Positions 1 to 9,664 of a DNA stretch of 64,000 nt are shown in pieces. Source of the stretch: Candidatus Omnitrophota bacterium (GTDB lineage Bacteria > Omnitrophota > Gorgyraeia > Zapsychrales > Zapsychraceae). Where the stretch lies: NCBI GenBank assembly GCA_003528115.1, contig DOGZ01000012.1:2095-66094 (forward strand). The letters run 5' to 3'. The translations under genes were made by a program, and so were the position numbers. Each line of letters starts with the position of its first letter. The stretch's first letter is position 1. Below the pieces are notes generated by a model. That model searched no databases. It had not been told where the DNA came from and saw only the letters and a list, made by a program, of their open reading frames with translations.

Positions 1-1459
1 CGTAGATGCCTCTTAACATGGCGGGCCAGGGAGTGGTGATGGCCAAATAACCTCCGCCCCGCTCGATATTTTTCCCGTCCTCGGACAAAACCGCGGCCTC
101 GATGCCCGGGAGGGCGCGGGTCGCGGAACCGGGTTTGAGCGGCGTCAACCCCGGCAGGGGAGAAATCAAAATACATCCGGTCTCTGTCTGCCACCAAGTG
201 TCCACGATGGGGCATTTCTCTTTACCGATGTAATGGTAATACCATATCCACGCCTCAGGGTTAATCGGCTCGCCGACACTGCCCAACAGACGCAGGCTGG
301 ACAAATCGCATTGTTCCGGCCACTGAGTTCCCCACTTCATGAAGGACCGGATCGCCGTCGGCGCCGTGTAAAGGATGGTCGCTCGATGCCGTTCAATAAT
401 CCGCCAAAACCTGTCCCGTTGGGGATAATCCGGACTGCCTTCATACATAATCTGCGTGGCCCCGTTGGCCATCGGCCCGTAGACGATGTAACTGTGGCCC
501 GTGACCCAGCCGATGTCCGCCGTGCACCAAAAAATGTCATCTGCCCTGAGATCAAAGACCCATTGAGTCGTCGCGGCGACGCCGGTCATGTACCCGCCCG
601 TGGTGTGAATAATGCCTTTGGGTTTCCCCGTCGTTCCCGAGGTGTAGAGGATATACAAAATATCTTCCGCGTCCATGGGCTCCGGAGGGCAGTACACCTT
701 CGCCTTTTCCATGAGATCATGATACCAGTAATCCCGCCCCGATTGCATGTTCACCGGATGCCCGGCGCGATTCACCACCAGGACATGCACAACGCACGGG
801 CACTGAGAAACGACTTCATCGGAAATGTCTTTCAGAGGAATCAATTTTCCTCTGCGATACCCGCCGTCGGCCGTAATCAAAAGTTTCGCCTGGGCGTCCA
901 GAATGCGGTCTTTCAAGGCCTCCGCGCTGAATCCGCCGAAGACAACCGTGTGAATAGCCCCCACGCGCGCGCAGGCCTGCATGGCAACGACGGCCTCGGG
1001 GATCATCGGCATATAAATGGCGACCCGGTCGCCTTTGACCACACCCAACGATTTAATCACATTGGCCAGCTTGTTGACGGCCAAATACATCTCATTGTAG
1101 GTTAAAACCTTTTGTTCACCCTCCGGTTCCCCTTCCCAAATAATGGCTTTCTTGCCGCCTAACCCCGCCTTGATGTGCCGGTCGAGACAATTATAACTCG
1201 CGTTGAGTTTCCCGCCGATAAACCACTTGGAATAAGGGACATCCCATTCCAAGACCTTATCCCACTTCTTAAACCATTCTAACTTCCCGGCCCATTCGGC
1301 CCAAAATCCCTGGGGATCTTGGCGCGCCCGCTCATAAATCGAGGCGTCCTTAATAAAAGCCTTGGCCTTAAAATCATAGGGTGGGTGAAAAATCCTGTTT
1401 TCTTCCAGGAGGGCCGAAACCGTCGCGTCCGACTTCAAAGGAATTTCTTCTGGCGTCAT
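1..1459 (-). CDS. acs: Acetyl-CoA synthetase (3' part runs off the window)
   Basis: Minus-strand translation from ATG at 1459: MTPEEIPL...[17 protein letters not shown]...[13 protein letters not shown]...DTWWQTETG; GGAG RBS upstream. Missing from the ORF track because it has no stop in the window. Confidence 0.93.
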   Translation of the reverse strand, partial: MTPEEIPLKSDATVSALLEENRIFHPPYDFKAKAFIKDASIYERARQDPQGFWAEWAGKLEWFKKWDKVLEWDVPYSKWFIGGKLNASYNCLDRHIKAGLGGKKAIIWEGEPEGEQKVLTYNEMYLAVNKLANVIKSLGVVKGDRVAIYMPMIPEAVVAMQACARVGAIHTVVFGGFSAEALKDRILDAQAKLLITADGGYRRGKLIPLKDISDEVVSQCPCVVHVLVVNRAGHPVNMQSGRDYWYHDLMEKAKVYCPPEPMDAEDILYILYTSGTTGKPKGIIHTTGGYMTGVAATTQWVFDLRADDIFWCTADIGWVTGHSYIVYGPMANGATQIMYEGSPDYPQRDRFWRIIERHRATILYTAPTAIRSFMKWGTQWPEQCDLSSLRLLGSVGEPINPEAWIWYYHYIGKEKCPIVDTWWQTETGCILISPLPGLTPLKPGSATRALPGIEAAVLSEDGKNIERGGGYLAITTPWPAMLRGIY

Positions 1460-1563
1460 CCGTAACTCCCATCATTTTTCCTCATTCCCATTTAGAAAGA
1501 AATGACGAGGCTCGTCATTTAGATTTAAATGACGGCCTTTCTCTGAAAATTAAAGATCTCGTG

Positions 1564-2103
1564 CTAGACAATCAATTTAAGAATCTCGGCGAAATCCTCA
1601 TGGCTCGCGGATTTAAGAAGTTCAAATAAGATCATTTCGGTGCTCGTCACATGATCTCCCATGGCCGTCAGGCGGGCCAGGGCCAACTCTTTGTTTTCCA
1701 AAGTACGGGAAGAGACGGCATCGCCGACAACCTGGACTTCAAACCCCCGTTGAAGCAAATCCACGGCGGTCTGATAAACGCAAACATGCGTCTCGATTCC
1801 TGAAAGGATAATCTGTTTCTTGTGAAGGGACGTTAACGCCTGGATAAAACCGGCCTCACCGCAGCAACTAAAACTGGATTTCTCAATGGGATGCTGGTGG
1901 ACGAGGTATTGTGTGATTTCCGGGATCGTCTTTCCAATCTTGCCGGGAACTTGTTCCGTGTGAAGGATCGGGATGTTCAAGCTCTGGGCCGCCTGCAGTA
2001 AGATTTGAATGTTCTTGAATAACCGTGTTTTCTCATGCATCCGATGGGCCAACCTCCCCTGCATGTCCACCACCAGCAAGATCGTATTCTCGACAACAAA
2101 CAT
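1564..2103 (-). CDS. Isochorismatase-family hydrolase
   Basis: VVDMQ, EKSSFSC and GIETHVCVYQT motifs. Confidence 0.9.
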   Translation of the reverse strand: MFVVENTILLVVDMQGRLAHRMHEKTRLFKNIQILLQAAQSLNIPILHTEQVPGKIGKTIPEITQYLVHQHPIEKSSFSCCGEAGFIQALTSLHKKQIILSGIETHVCVYQTAVDLLQRGFEVQVVGDAVSSRTLENKELALARLTAMGDHVTSTEMILFELLKSASHEDFAEILKLIV

Positions 2104-2139
2104 AAGTTTTTCAAGTAACGCTTTTTAAAAACGGGGGAT

Positions 2140-2316
2140 TCATGAATTCTCAAAAATGTCTTGGACGGGCTCCGGATTGTCCAATGTTTTCTCGTCCACC
2201 AATTGACGCGTGAGAAACCACACCAAAAAAAAGACTGCTAACGGAACCACAATAAACGTCACAAAGACCCAGGGATGGGCTTGTTTTGTTTTTGAGTTAT
2301 AAAAAATATGACTCAT
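2140..2316 (-). CDS. Small single-TM membrane protein (58 aa)
   Basis: MSHIFYNSK...WVFVTFIVVPLAVFFLVWFL hydrophobic helix; the internal ATG avoids overlap with the upstream gene. Confidence 0.55.
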   Translation of the reverse strand: MSHIFYNSKTKQAHPWVFVTFIVVPLAVFFLVWFLTRQLVDEKTLDNPEPVQDIFENS

Positions 2317-2381
2317 AGCGCGACCACCAGAATCTTTTTCATGGCTCCTCCGTATTTTGGTAATAATAAATTGCAGTCCCC

Positions 2382-2969
2382 TTATCGGGTATGCGGATCC
2401 GGGGCCATCGAGATATCCAAAACCAACGCCTTGATCTGCCACAAGAAAAAACTTAATTCATACAATTTATATTCGCCGTAATGAAATTCAACCCCGTCAG
2501 GGATATCATTCACGTACTTACTGGGAGCGGAAATAACCAGATCACTGTATCCCAAGGCCGGCAAAGCATTTTTAAACTGCCCGGCAATCATGTTACAAAA
2601 CTCGCCGCAACCGTTGAGAATGGACTCCACATCCTCTTCATTGGACCCAACGCCTTCAAAATTCAAGGCCTTCATCAACTTCTCAATAATTTCTTCCAGG
2701 ATATAAAGAACCATCACCCCCTGGACGTTTTTGGCTTCATATTCCCGCTTATTTAAATAAAAATTAACGACGGCGATATAACACGGGCCGTTAAATTTCT
2801 CCAGCCCGAAAATCCGCATGCGGCTGTTATATTCAATGATTTCCCGCTCAACATATTCCGGTTCTTTGGAGAAAGTCAAATGACAGGTCTTGGTGAAGAT
2901 TTCCTGAACACATCCTATTAATGTCGTCGCGATAGCTTGTTTATCAAATCCCTTGTCTTTGGCTGTCAT
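2382..2969 (-). CDS. CheX-like phosphatase domain protein
   Basis: GEFCNMIAGQFK matches the CheX/CheC ExxN motif, followed by ISAP. Confidence 0.75.
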   Translation of the reverse strand: MTAKDKGFDKQAIATTLIGCVQEIFTKTCHLTFSKEPEYVEREIIEYNSRMRIFGLEKFNGPCYIAVVNFYLNKREYEAKNVQGVMVLYILEEIIEKLMKALNFEGVGSNEEDVESILNGCGEFCNMIAGQFKNALPALGYSDLVISAPSKYVNDIPDGVEFHYGEYKLYELSFFLWQIKALVLDISMAPDPHTR

Positions 2970-3021
2970 CCATCAATCCCCGCTGTGCCTTTCTCTATGT
3001 TCACGGATTTTTTGTGAAGAT

Positions 3022-3050
3022 AGATTATAATGCCAACCCGTCCCTGTCAA
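3022..3050 (-). promoter_or_regulatory. Sigma70-type promoter of the CheX-like gene
   Basis: Minus-strand TTGACA (3050-3045) followed by overlapping TATAAT/TAATCT at 15/17 nt. Confidence 0.6.
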
Positions 3051-3100
3051 TCCAATATAAAGAATTTTTGACAATCCGTTCACCGAATAAAAACAAGAAT

Positions 3101-3375
3101 TTAATTCTTCTCCAAGAATAATGCCAATAAACTGGCAGTCAGTGCAAAACCTGCCATTAAGCTGAATAAAACATTAAATCCCAAACTCGAAGCAAGCACG
3201 CCACCCAAGATGGCCGCTCCTCCTTCAAACAATGATCGGTATCCATAAAAATTGGAATAAGTGTTTCTTTCTTTTCCCTCCTCTAAAGCCAAAGCAATCA
3301 CAGTGCTCCAAGATGGATTAATAATCACTTCCGCAAAAGCCAAAAGTCCCTGGATCCATACTACATGGATAGTTT
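3101..3375 (-). pseudogene. C-terminal remnant of an MFS transporter
   Basis: Only the last ~3 helices remain (GGAAILGGVLASSLGFNVLFSLMAGF); the 5' part is replaced by a GC hairpin. Confidence 0.6.
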
Positions 3376-3384
3376 TTACTCTCA

Positions 3385-3409
3385 TCCCCGCCTTAAATAA
3401 AGGCGGGGA
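3385..3409. repeat. 10-bp-stem palindrome TCCCCGCCTT/AAGGCGGGGA (terminator or IS200/IS605-type end scar)
   Basis: Perfect inverted repeat just downstream of the P-II gene, with no U-tract on the minus strand. Confidence 0.6.
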
Positions 3410-3422
3410 ATTCACGCTTAAA

Positions 3423-3761
3423 TTAAAGCGCCTCTTTATCGGTCTTACCAGTTCGAATACTCACAACATGATCAAGAGTTGTAACAAGAATTTTACCGTC
3501 CCCTTTGCGCCCCGTATAGGCATTTTCTTTGATGCATTTAACAATCTGATCAGCTTCTTCATCAAGGCAGGCGATTTCAATTCTAATTTTTGGTGTAAAT
3601 TCTGTAACATAATCTCTGGAATGATGCGGATAGGCTTCGTCCTTTTCTTTTCCAAATCCCTTTATTTCGCTGATACTCATCCCCCGAATATGAATCCCAT
3701 GCAGGGCGTCTGTTATCTTCTGAAGCATAAACGGTTGAATGTAAGCTTTGATTTCTTTCAT
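3423..3761 (-). CDS. P-II family protein associated with heavy-metal RND efflux
   Basis: MKEIKAYIQPF, GFG T-loop, TGRKGDGKI, IRTG; GAGGAG RBS before ATG 3761. Confidence 0.88.
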   Translation of the reverse strand: MKEIKAYIQPFMLQKITDALHGIHIRGMSISEIKGFGKEKDEAYPHHSRDYVTEFTPKIRIEIACLDEEADQIVKCIKENAYTGRKGDGKILVTTLDHVVSIRTGKTDKEAL

Positions 3762-3799
3762 GGTTTGTCTCCTCTTGTTTTTTACCATAGAACCCTCTC

Positions 3800-6700
3800 C
3801 TAGAATTCGATCTGTTCTTCTTTAACAAACCATCCATAAAAGGCCGGAATGGCGAATAGCGTCAAGAATGTTGATGAAATTAATCCGCCGATAACAACAA
3901 TAGCCAAGGGTCTTTGTACTTCCGATCCCGTGCCTGATGAAAAAACTAACGGAATTAAACCCAACGCCGCCGCTAAAGCTGTCATTAAAACCGGCCTTAA
4001 ACGATCTATTCCGCCCTGGATCGAGGCCGGGATCATGTCATTTCCCTCCAATCTAAGCTGCCCAATGCGCGATACCAATACCAGACCATTTCCGACGGCA
4101 ATCCCGAAAAGAGCAATAAACCCCACGGACGCCGGAACAGACAAATTTTCTCCGGTAAGGAACAGCGCGATTAAACCTCCCACCAGAGCTAGCGGGATAT
4201 TAAGAATAATCAAAAAAGCCTTTTGAAGAGAGCTAAAAGTCGAATAGAGAAGAAGAAATATCAAACCAATCGTGATGGGAACAACCACCGCCAGTCTTTT
4301 ATTGGCTTTTTGCTGAAGCTCAAACTGTCCTCCCCATTCAACAATATAGCCGGGCGGGAGTTTTATCTTTTCTTTTATAGCTTTTTCTCCCTCTTCGACA
4401 AAACTTCCCATATCTCGTCCGCGGACATTGCATTGAACAACGATAAACCGCTGGTTATTTTCTCTTGTAATCTGACGGGAACCGACAACTTCCTTAATAT
4501 CAGCTAACTGAGCTAAAGGTACATGCGCTCCATTGGGGGCTGATAGAAGAAGCCGCGCAATCGCGTCTTTGCTTGCTCGATCCTCTTCTCTGTATCGAAC
4601 AAGAATATCAAAACGTTTCACACCTTCAAAAACCTGCCCGGCTGTTTCTCCTCCCACAGATGCCCTGATAGTCGACTGTACCTCTTCCATACTTAAGCCG
4701 TAGCGAGCTATCTTATGAGGATCAGGAGTTATGATTAACTGCGGCGCGCCGGTTACCTGATCAGCCTGCACATCCGCGGACCCCGGCACTTCTTTAATAA
4801 CTTCAACAATTTTGTCCGCAAGCTCTTTAAGCTCAGTAAGATCATCCCCGTAAATTTTAATGGCCAAATCAGAGCGGATACCCTCCAACAACTCATCAAT
4901 CGACATGGCAATCGGCTGAGTGAAACCCAAATTAATCCCCGGGAATTTTTCCATTTTTTCGCTGATGGCCTCAAATAACTCTTCTTGAGTTTTAGCTGTC
5001 TTCCATTCTTTCTTTGGTTTTAGAGAGACATACATCTCCGCGCTATTGACCGGATCAGCGTGGGCACCCACTTCTCCGCGGCCGACACGGCTGACAACTT
5101 GAGTCACCTCGGGGAATTTCATAAGCTGCTTTTCGATAAGGAGTGCTGTGTTCCTTGATTCAGTTAACGAAATTGACGGAGCCATTGTAGCCCGGACTAC
5201 CAATGTTCCCTCCTGGAGTTCAGGAGTAAATTCTTTTCCTAAAAACGGAATAGTCATAAATCCCACAATAGCAAATATGATTGTTGAAATGAGCGTAATT
5301 TTTCTATGTTGAACAAAATACGTCACCCATGGTTTGTAGAACTTTTGTAAACTGCCCACAAACTTCGCGCTTAAGGAGACAAGCAAACCTTGCGTCTTCT
5401 CTTTTTTCATAATGACTGAACTTAAGGCGGGAACGAAGAACATCGCATAGACAAGAGAACTGCTCATCGACATCATGATGGTTAAGGCTAACGGACCGAA
5501 TGTTTTCCCCTCGACTCCTTGTAAAGTAAGAAGCGGTAAAAACACAATGACGATAATCAAGATGGCAAAGAAAATCGGCTGTCCCACTTCCCGACATGCC
5601 TCACCGATAATTTTTACTTTGGATTGATCTTTAGATTGCGGTAGGTGAAAATGACGTTCACAGTTTTCCACCATAACAATCGCCGCGTCAACCAATATCC
5701 CGATAGCAATAGCCAATCCTCCCAATGTCATCAAATTGGCTGAGATTTTAAAGGCGCTCATGAGAATAAAAGTCAAGAACACGCTGAAAATAATGGCTCC
5801 GGCCACAATAATTGTTTCCCGGAATCCTCCGATAAAAATAAAAAGGACTAAGGTCACCAATACAATCCCTTCCAGCAAGGCATGAGTAACGGTTTTAACG
5901 CAGGCTTCAACCAGCGTCTTCTGGTCATAATAAGGAATAATTTTGATGCCTTCGGGTAAAGCGGCATTAATTTTCTTCATGCGCTCTTCTACGTTACGGA
6001 TAACGGTTGACGTATTAGAACCGAACAACTTGACCACCATCCCGGCCACAACTTCCTTGGTGCCGTTAAAGGTCTGTAAACCGCGGCGGACAGCCCCGCC
6101 GATTTTAATATCAGCGACTTGGCTAAGATAAATCCGGGTATTATCTTCCAAAGTTTTAATAACAACATTTTCCAAATGTTCGATATTTCTGACTAATCCA
6201 ATCGAACGGATAACGTATTCCTCCTGGCCCTTCTCGATAAATTGCGCTCCCACGTTGAGATTATTTCGTTTAATAGCCTCGATGATCTCAGAAAGCGTTA
6301 AATTATAAGCCAACAATTTCTCAGGGCGGATAACAACCTGATATTGTTTCTCCTCACCGCCTATCCCCAAAACTTCGGTAACCCCCGGAACAGTTTGTAA
6401 ATTAAATTTAATGAGCCAATCCTGAATAGTTCTCATTTCTTCAGCGGTGCGCGTACCTGTCTCATCTTCCAAATAATAAAACAATACCAATCCCAGCCCT
6501 GTTGAAATAGGCCCCATTCCCGGTTCACCCATGCCTTCCGGAATTTGTTCCCGGGCTTCATTTAATCTTTCAGACACTAACTGTCTTGCCCAAAAAATAT
6601 CCGTTCCATCTTTAAAATAGACATTCACAACTGAAAGTCCGAAATTAGAGATCGACCGGATCTCCTCCACATTAGGAAGCCCATTCATCGCGGATTCAAC

Positions 6701-6910
6701 AGGATAGGTCACCAATTGCTCGACTTCCTCAGGCGCCAACCCTTCTGTCTCGGTAAAAACCTGAACTAAGGCCGGGGTCACGTCCGGAAAGGCATCAATC
6801 GGCAGGCGGTCATAAGCAAATTTTCCAAAAACACATATGGCCACAAAGGCCACAAAAACAAGAAGACGGTTTTTTAAAGATGCGTCTATAATTCTATTGA
6901 TCATCATCAA
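3800..6910 (-). CDS. czcA: CzcA/CusA-family heavy-metal RND efflux permease
   Basis: LPIDAFPDVT, GGLAIAIGILVDAAIVMVEN, RLRPVLMTA, EVQRPLA; 1036 aa. Confidence 0.93.
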   Translation of the reverse strand: MMMINRIIDASLKNRLLVFVAFVAICVFGKFAYDRLPIDAFPDVTPALVQVFTETEGLAPEEVEQLVTYPVESAMNGLPNVEEIRSISNFGLSVVNVYFKDGTDIFWARQLVSERLNEAREQIPEGMGEPGMGPISTGLGLVLFYYLEDETGTRTAEEMRTIQDWLIKFNLQTVPGVTEVLGIGGEEKQYQVVIRPEKLLAYNLTLSEIIEAIKRNNLNVGAQFIEKGQEEYVIRSIGLVRNIEHLENVVIKTLEDNTRIYLSQVADIKIGGAVRRGLQTFNGTKEVVAGMVVKLFGSNTSTVIRNVEERMKKINAALPEGIKIIPYYDQKTLVEACVKTVTHALLEGIVLVTLVLFIFIGGFRETIIVAGAIIFSVFLTFILMSAFKISANLMTLGGLAIAIGILVDAAIVMVENCERHFHLPQSKDQSKVKIIGEACREVGQPIFFAILIIVIVFLPLLTLQGVEGKTFGPLALTIMMSMSSSLVYAMFFVPALSSVIMKKEKTQGLLVSLSAKFVGSLQKFYKPWVTYFVQHRKITLISTIIFAIVGFMTIPFLGKEFTPELQEGTLVVRATMAPSISLTESRNTALLIEKQLMKFPEVTQVVSRVGRGEVGAHADPVNSAEMYVSLKPKKEWKTAKTQEELFEAISEKMEKFPGINLGFTQPIAMSIDELLEGIRSDLAIKIYGDDLTELKELADKIVEVIKEVPGSADVQADQVTGAPQLIITPDPHKIARYGLSMEEVQSTIRASVGGETAGQVFEGVKRFDILVRYREEDRASKDAIARLLLSAPNGAHVPLAQLADIKEVVGSRQITRENNQRFIVVQCNVRGRDMGSFVEEGEKAIKEKIKLPPGYIVEWGGQFELQQKANKRLAVVVPITIGLIFLLLYSTFSSLQKAFLIILNIPLALVGGLIALFLTGENLSVPASVGFIALFGIAVGNGLVLVSRIGQLRLEGNDMIPASIQGGIDRLRPVLMTALAAALGLIPLVFSSGTGSEVQRPLAIVVIGGLISSTFLTLFAIPAFYGWFVKEEQIEF

Positions 6911-6965
6911 ACTCCCTGATTAGTAGTTATCCCTTGGCTCTATTGAACGGAAAGGTTTGGTCAAA

Positions 6966-7955
6966 TCAATGGCCATGCCCGTCTCCAAAAGATTCTTTGG
7001 CTTGTTCGCTCTTTAAATTAAAACTTCCTTGAGTCACAACGTGTTCGCTTTCCTCGACACCCTTTTTTATCTCCACATAATCGCCGAAGCTTTGCCCTAA
7101 AGTCACTTCTCTTAAAGCAAATTTATTTTTACTTCCCTTCACAAAAACAATATCCTCTCCGTTAAGTTCCTGAACCGCGCTCCGGGGAATCGCCGAAACT
7201 TCCTTATCAGAATCATAGATCAACTCTCCGGACACAAACATTCCTAAACGTAGCAAATGTTCGGAGTTATCAACATTGATCCGCACCTTTATCGCCTGAG
7301 ATTCCTCTTCCACCTGAGGAGAAATATAAACAACCTCACCTAAGAACTTTTTGCCGGGAAAGGCAATGGATTCAATTTCAGCCTTTTGTCCGACCTTTAC
7401 AGAACCGATATCCTTCTCATACACATCCACCGTCACTCGCAATTTATCGATGTTGACAATACTCATTAATGACTTTAATCTATCGACATGATCTCCCCGC
7501 TTAACATAAATAGCCAAAATGACCCCGGTGCTTTCCGATAAAATATCCTGAATACTGCCGTCAGATTTACGGATGGTTAACAATGCGCTTTCTTTTTCAA
7601 CCGTAGCCCCTAAGTCCACATGAATCTTTTCAACAATACCGTCATCCGCTGTTACATAAGAGTGTTCTTCTGTATCCTTGGCTACTTTACCAAAGACCTT
7701 AAGACGATACTCCACAAGCCGCTTTTCAACCGTCGCGGTTTTTAATTGAATCATCCCCTGGGCTTCCTCGTCCAGCTCAATGATACCCTCTTCATGACCG
7801 GCTTCTTCATCTTCGCCATGCTCATCTCCCTGTTCTTTTTGGTCGGCATGTTTCTCCTCTTCAGCCTTGGAACAACTCATCGTTGGCATGCTAAGCACAA
7901 CGGCAAAAAGGCCCACGATCAGGATTTTATTGATATAAACAAAATGCTTTTTCAT
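6966..7955 (-). CDS. czcB: RND periplasmic adaptor (CzcB-like) with His/Glu-rich N-terminus
   Basis: Lipoprotein-like signal, HADQKEQGDEHGEDEEAGHEE tract, C-terminal GHGH, position in the operon. Confidence 0.85.
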   Translation of the reverse strand: MKKHFVYINKILIVGLFAVVLSMPTMSCSKAEEEKHADQKEQGDEHGEDEEAGHEEGIIELDEEAQGMIQLKTATVEKRLVEYRLKVFGKVAKDTEEHSYVTADDGIVEKIHVDLGATVEKESALLTIRKSDGSIQDILSESTGVILAIYVKRGDHVDRLKSLMSIVNIDKLRVTVDVYEKDIGSVKVGQKAEIESIAFPGKKFLGEVVYISPQVEEESQAIKVRINVDNSEHLLRLGMFVSGELIYDSDKEVSAIPRSAVQELNGEDIVFVKGSKNKFALREVTLGQSFGDYVEIKKGVEESEHVVTQGSFNLKSEQAKESFGDGHGH

Positions 7956-9241
7956 TTCTTTTTCTCCTGTGTAAATTCTTGTGTTTTACCAATGGATTGC
8001 TCTAAATCCGCTAACCTATGAGAATAGTCGGTCAGGGCCTCAAGATATTCCTGTTTTGTTTTTTGATAAGAAGCTATCCCCTCTAAATAAGTCAAGAATG
8101 GCGCTTCCCCTTCCTCATATTCAATGGTAATGATCCGCAATAATTCATTGGCCTCTTTAATAGAGTCCTCCAAATTATGGACGGTTTGAAAGGTCAGGTT
8201 GACATTTTGAAAAGCTTCGTAGACCTCAAGCTCTACCATCCTGTTTAAGGCTTCAAGGCGAATCCCGGCTGTTTCTTTTTCCAGCTTGGCGGCTTTGACA
8301 TCTCCTTGATATTGATGCCACAGCGGCAATTCAAAAGAAATCCCCGCGCCCGCGTTGTACAATTCATCTTCCCGATTCGCGAAGCCACTCACCGTGACAT
8401 CCGGTAATTTCTGGCGTTGGGCGAGTTTAAGCTCTTTATCACGTTTAACAACTTCCTGCTGTTGGCTCAAAATTTCCGTATTTTGAGATATGGCCATATT
8501 AAGGTATTCTTTCAAAGTTTTCGCGATGGCCTTGGGCGTGAGGTTATCCTGCAACTTAATAACCTCATTCATTTTTCTGCCCAAAAGAATATTTAATTTT
8601 CCAAGAGCAATGCGAAAATCATTTTCTACCTTTAATAAACTGTTTCTGACATTAGCAGCTTCTAGTTTTGCCCTGGCCAATTCGTGATTACGCGCCTTGC
8701 CTGTGTTAAACCGAACCTGGACCTGATCCAAAAGCCTTCTGGCGATATTCAAATTTTCTTCTGCCAGCTCAATACTTTTCTGTCCAAGAAGGGTTTGAGC
8801 GTACTGCTCTTTGATCTGACGGTAAACGTCTAACCACAACTTCTTATATTCCAGCTCTGCCTGAACCACTTCATCTTTGGCAATACCGATTTTTAGCCCC
8901 TTCTTTCCCCACAATTCCAAGGGTTGCTTCACTCTTCCTTCACCCTCAAGCACGCGCTTGTCATATTCGTTTTCACCGGTAAAGTCCTTACGTAATTTAT
9001 TAACCTCAAATTCGATTTCCGGATTGGCAAACTTGCGGGATTGACGAAAGCGTGCTTTCTGTATTTCGACTTTCTTGCGCGCCTCCAGCACCTCTGGATT
9101 ATTTTGCGATGCGATTGAAAGAGCCTTCTCTAAAGACACCACCTCCGGTTGCTCTTGCGCCGGCAGAGGCACAATAAGAATGGCCATTAGAAATAAAATA
9201 ATAAAATTAATTCTTAAAATAAGGACAATCATTATCGGCAC
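7952..9241 (-). CDS. czcC: TolC-family outer membrane factor (CzcC-like)
   Basis: OEP-type helical repeats (NNPEV, ELPLW, YEEGE); ATGA overlap with czcB. Confidence 0.85.
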   Translation of the reverse strand: MPIMIVLILRINFIILFLMAILIVPLPAQEQPEVVSLEKALSIASQNNPEVLEARKKVEIQKARFRQSRKFANPEIEFEVNKLRKDFTGENEYDKRVLEGEGRVKQPLELWGKKGLKIGIAKDEVVQAELEYKKLWLDVYRQIKEQYAQTLLGQKSIELAEENLNIARRLLDQVQVRFNTGKARNHELARAKLEAANVRNSLLKVENDFRIALGKLNILLGRKMNEVIKLQDNLTPKAIAKTLKEYLNMAISQNTEILSQQQEVVKRDKELKLAQRQKLPDVTVSGFANREDELYNAGAGISFELPLWHQYQGDVKAAKLEKETAGIRLEALNRMVELEVYEAFQNVNLTFQTVHNLEDSIKEANELLRIITIEYEEGEAPFLTYLEGIASYQKTKQEYLEALTDYSHRLADLEQSIGKTQEFTQEKKK

Positions 9242-9322
9242 CTCATAACAATTTTTTTAAAAAGAAATCAACTTAACTCAAAGGATATTTAACTTTAAGA
9301 AACAGAGGAAAGGGTGAAACTT

Positions 9323-9583
9323 TTAGGCGGAAATAATTGGGGGGCGTTTGTGGACAAGAATGGTAGGATTTTCGAAGGATAAACTGTATGCGGTGGTCGT
9401 TGTGAACATCGGGGGCACTGCTATGCTGGGAGTTTGATTACTTGGGGGAATAACATGATGACAACAGGTATGACAGACCAACACACAGTTGTGCTCTGCG
9501 GAAGGATCGGCACAAAATCCATCCAAAGGCAGAAAGGACAAAATCATTACAACAAAAAGTAATATTTGGAAAATTTTTTTCAT
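9323..9583 (-). CDS. Small exported Cys/His-rich protein (CzcI-like)
   Basis: Signal peptide, HNCVLVCHTCCHH and C-terminal RPP; first gene of the czc operon. Confidence 0.65.
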   Translation of the reverse strand: MKKIFQILLFVVMILSFLPLDGFCADPSAEHNCVLVCHTCCHHVIPPSNQTPSIAVPPMFTTTTAYSLSFENPTILVHKRPPIISA

Positions 9584-9664
9584 AATTTTTTGTAGTTTAT
9601 AATTTAAATCAAATTTGTCAAGATTTTCCTTATCTTTTTTGCTCGGGCTTACCGTTAGCTAAAT

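Noticed and set aside
233-1105. 290-aa plus-strand ORF
   Set aside because: Antisense shadow of acs, which has clear motifs on the minus strand
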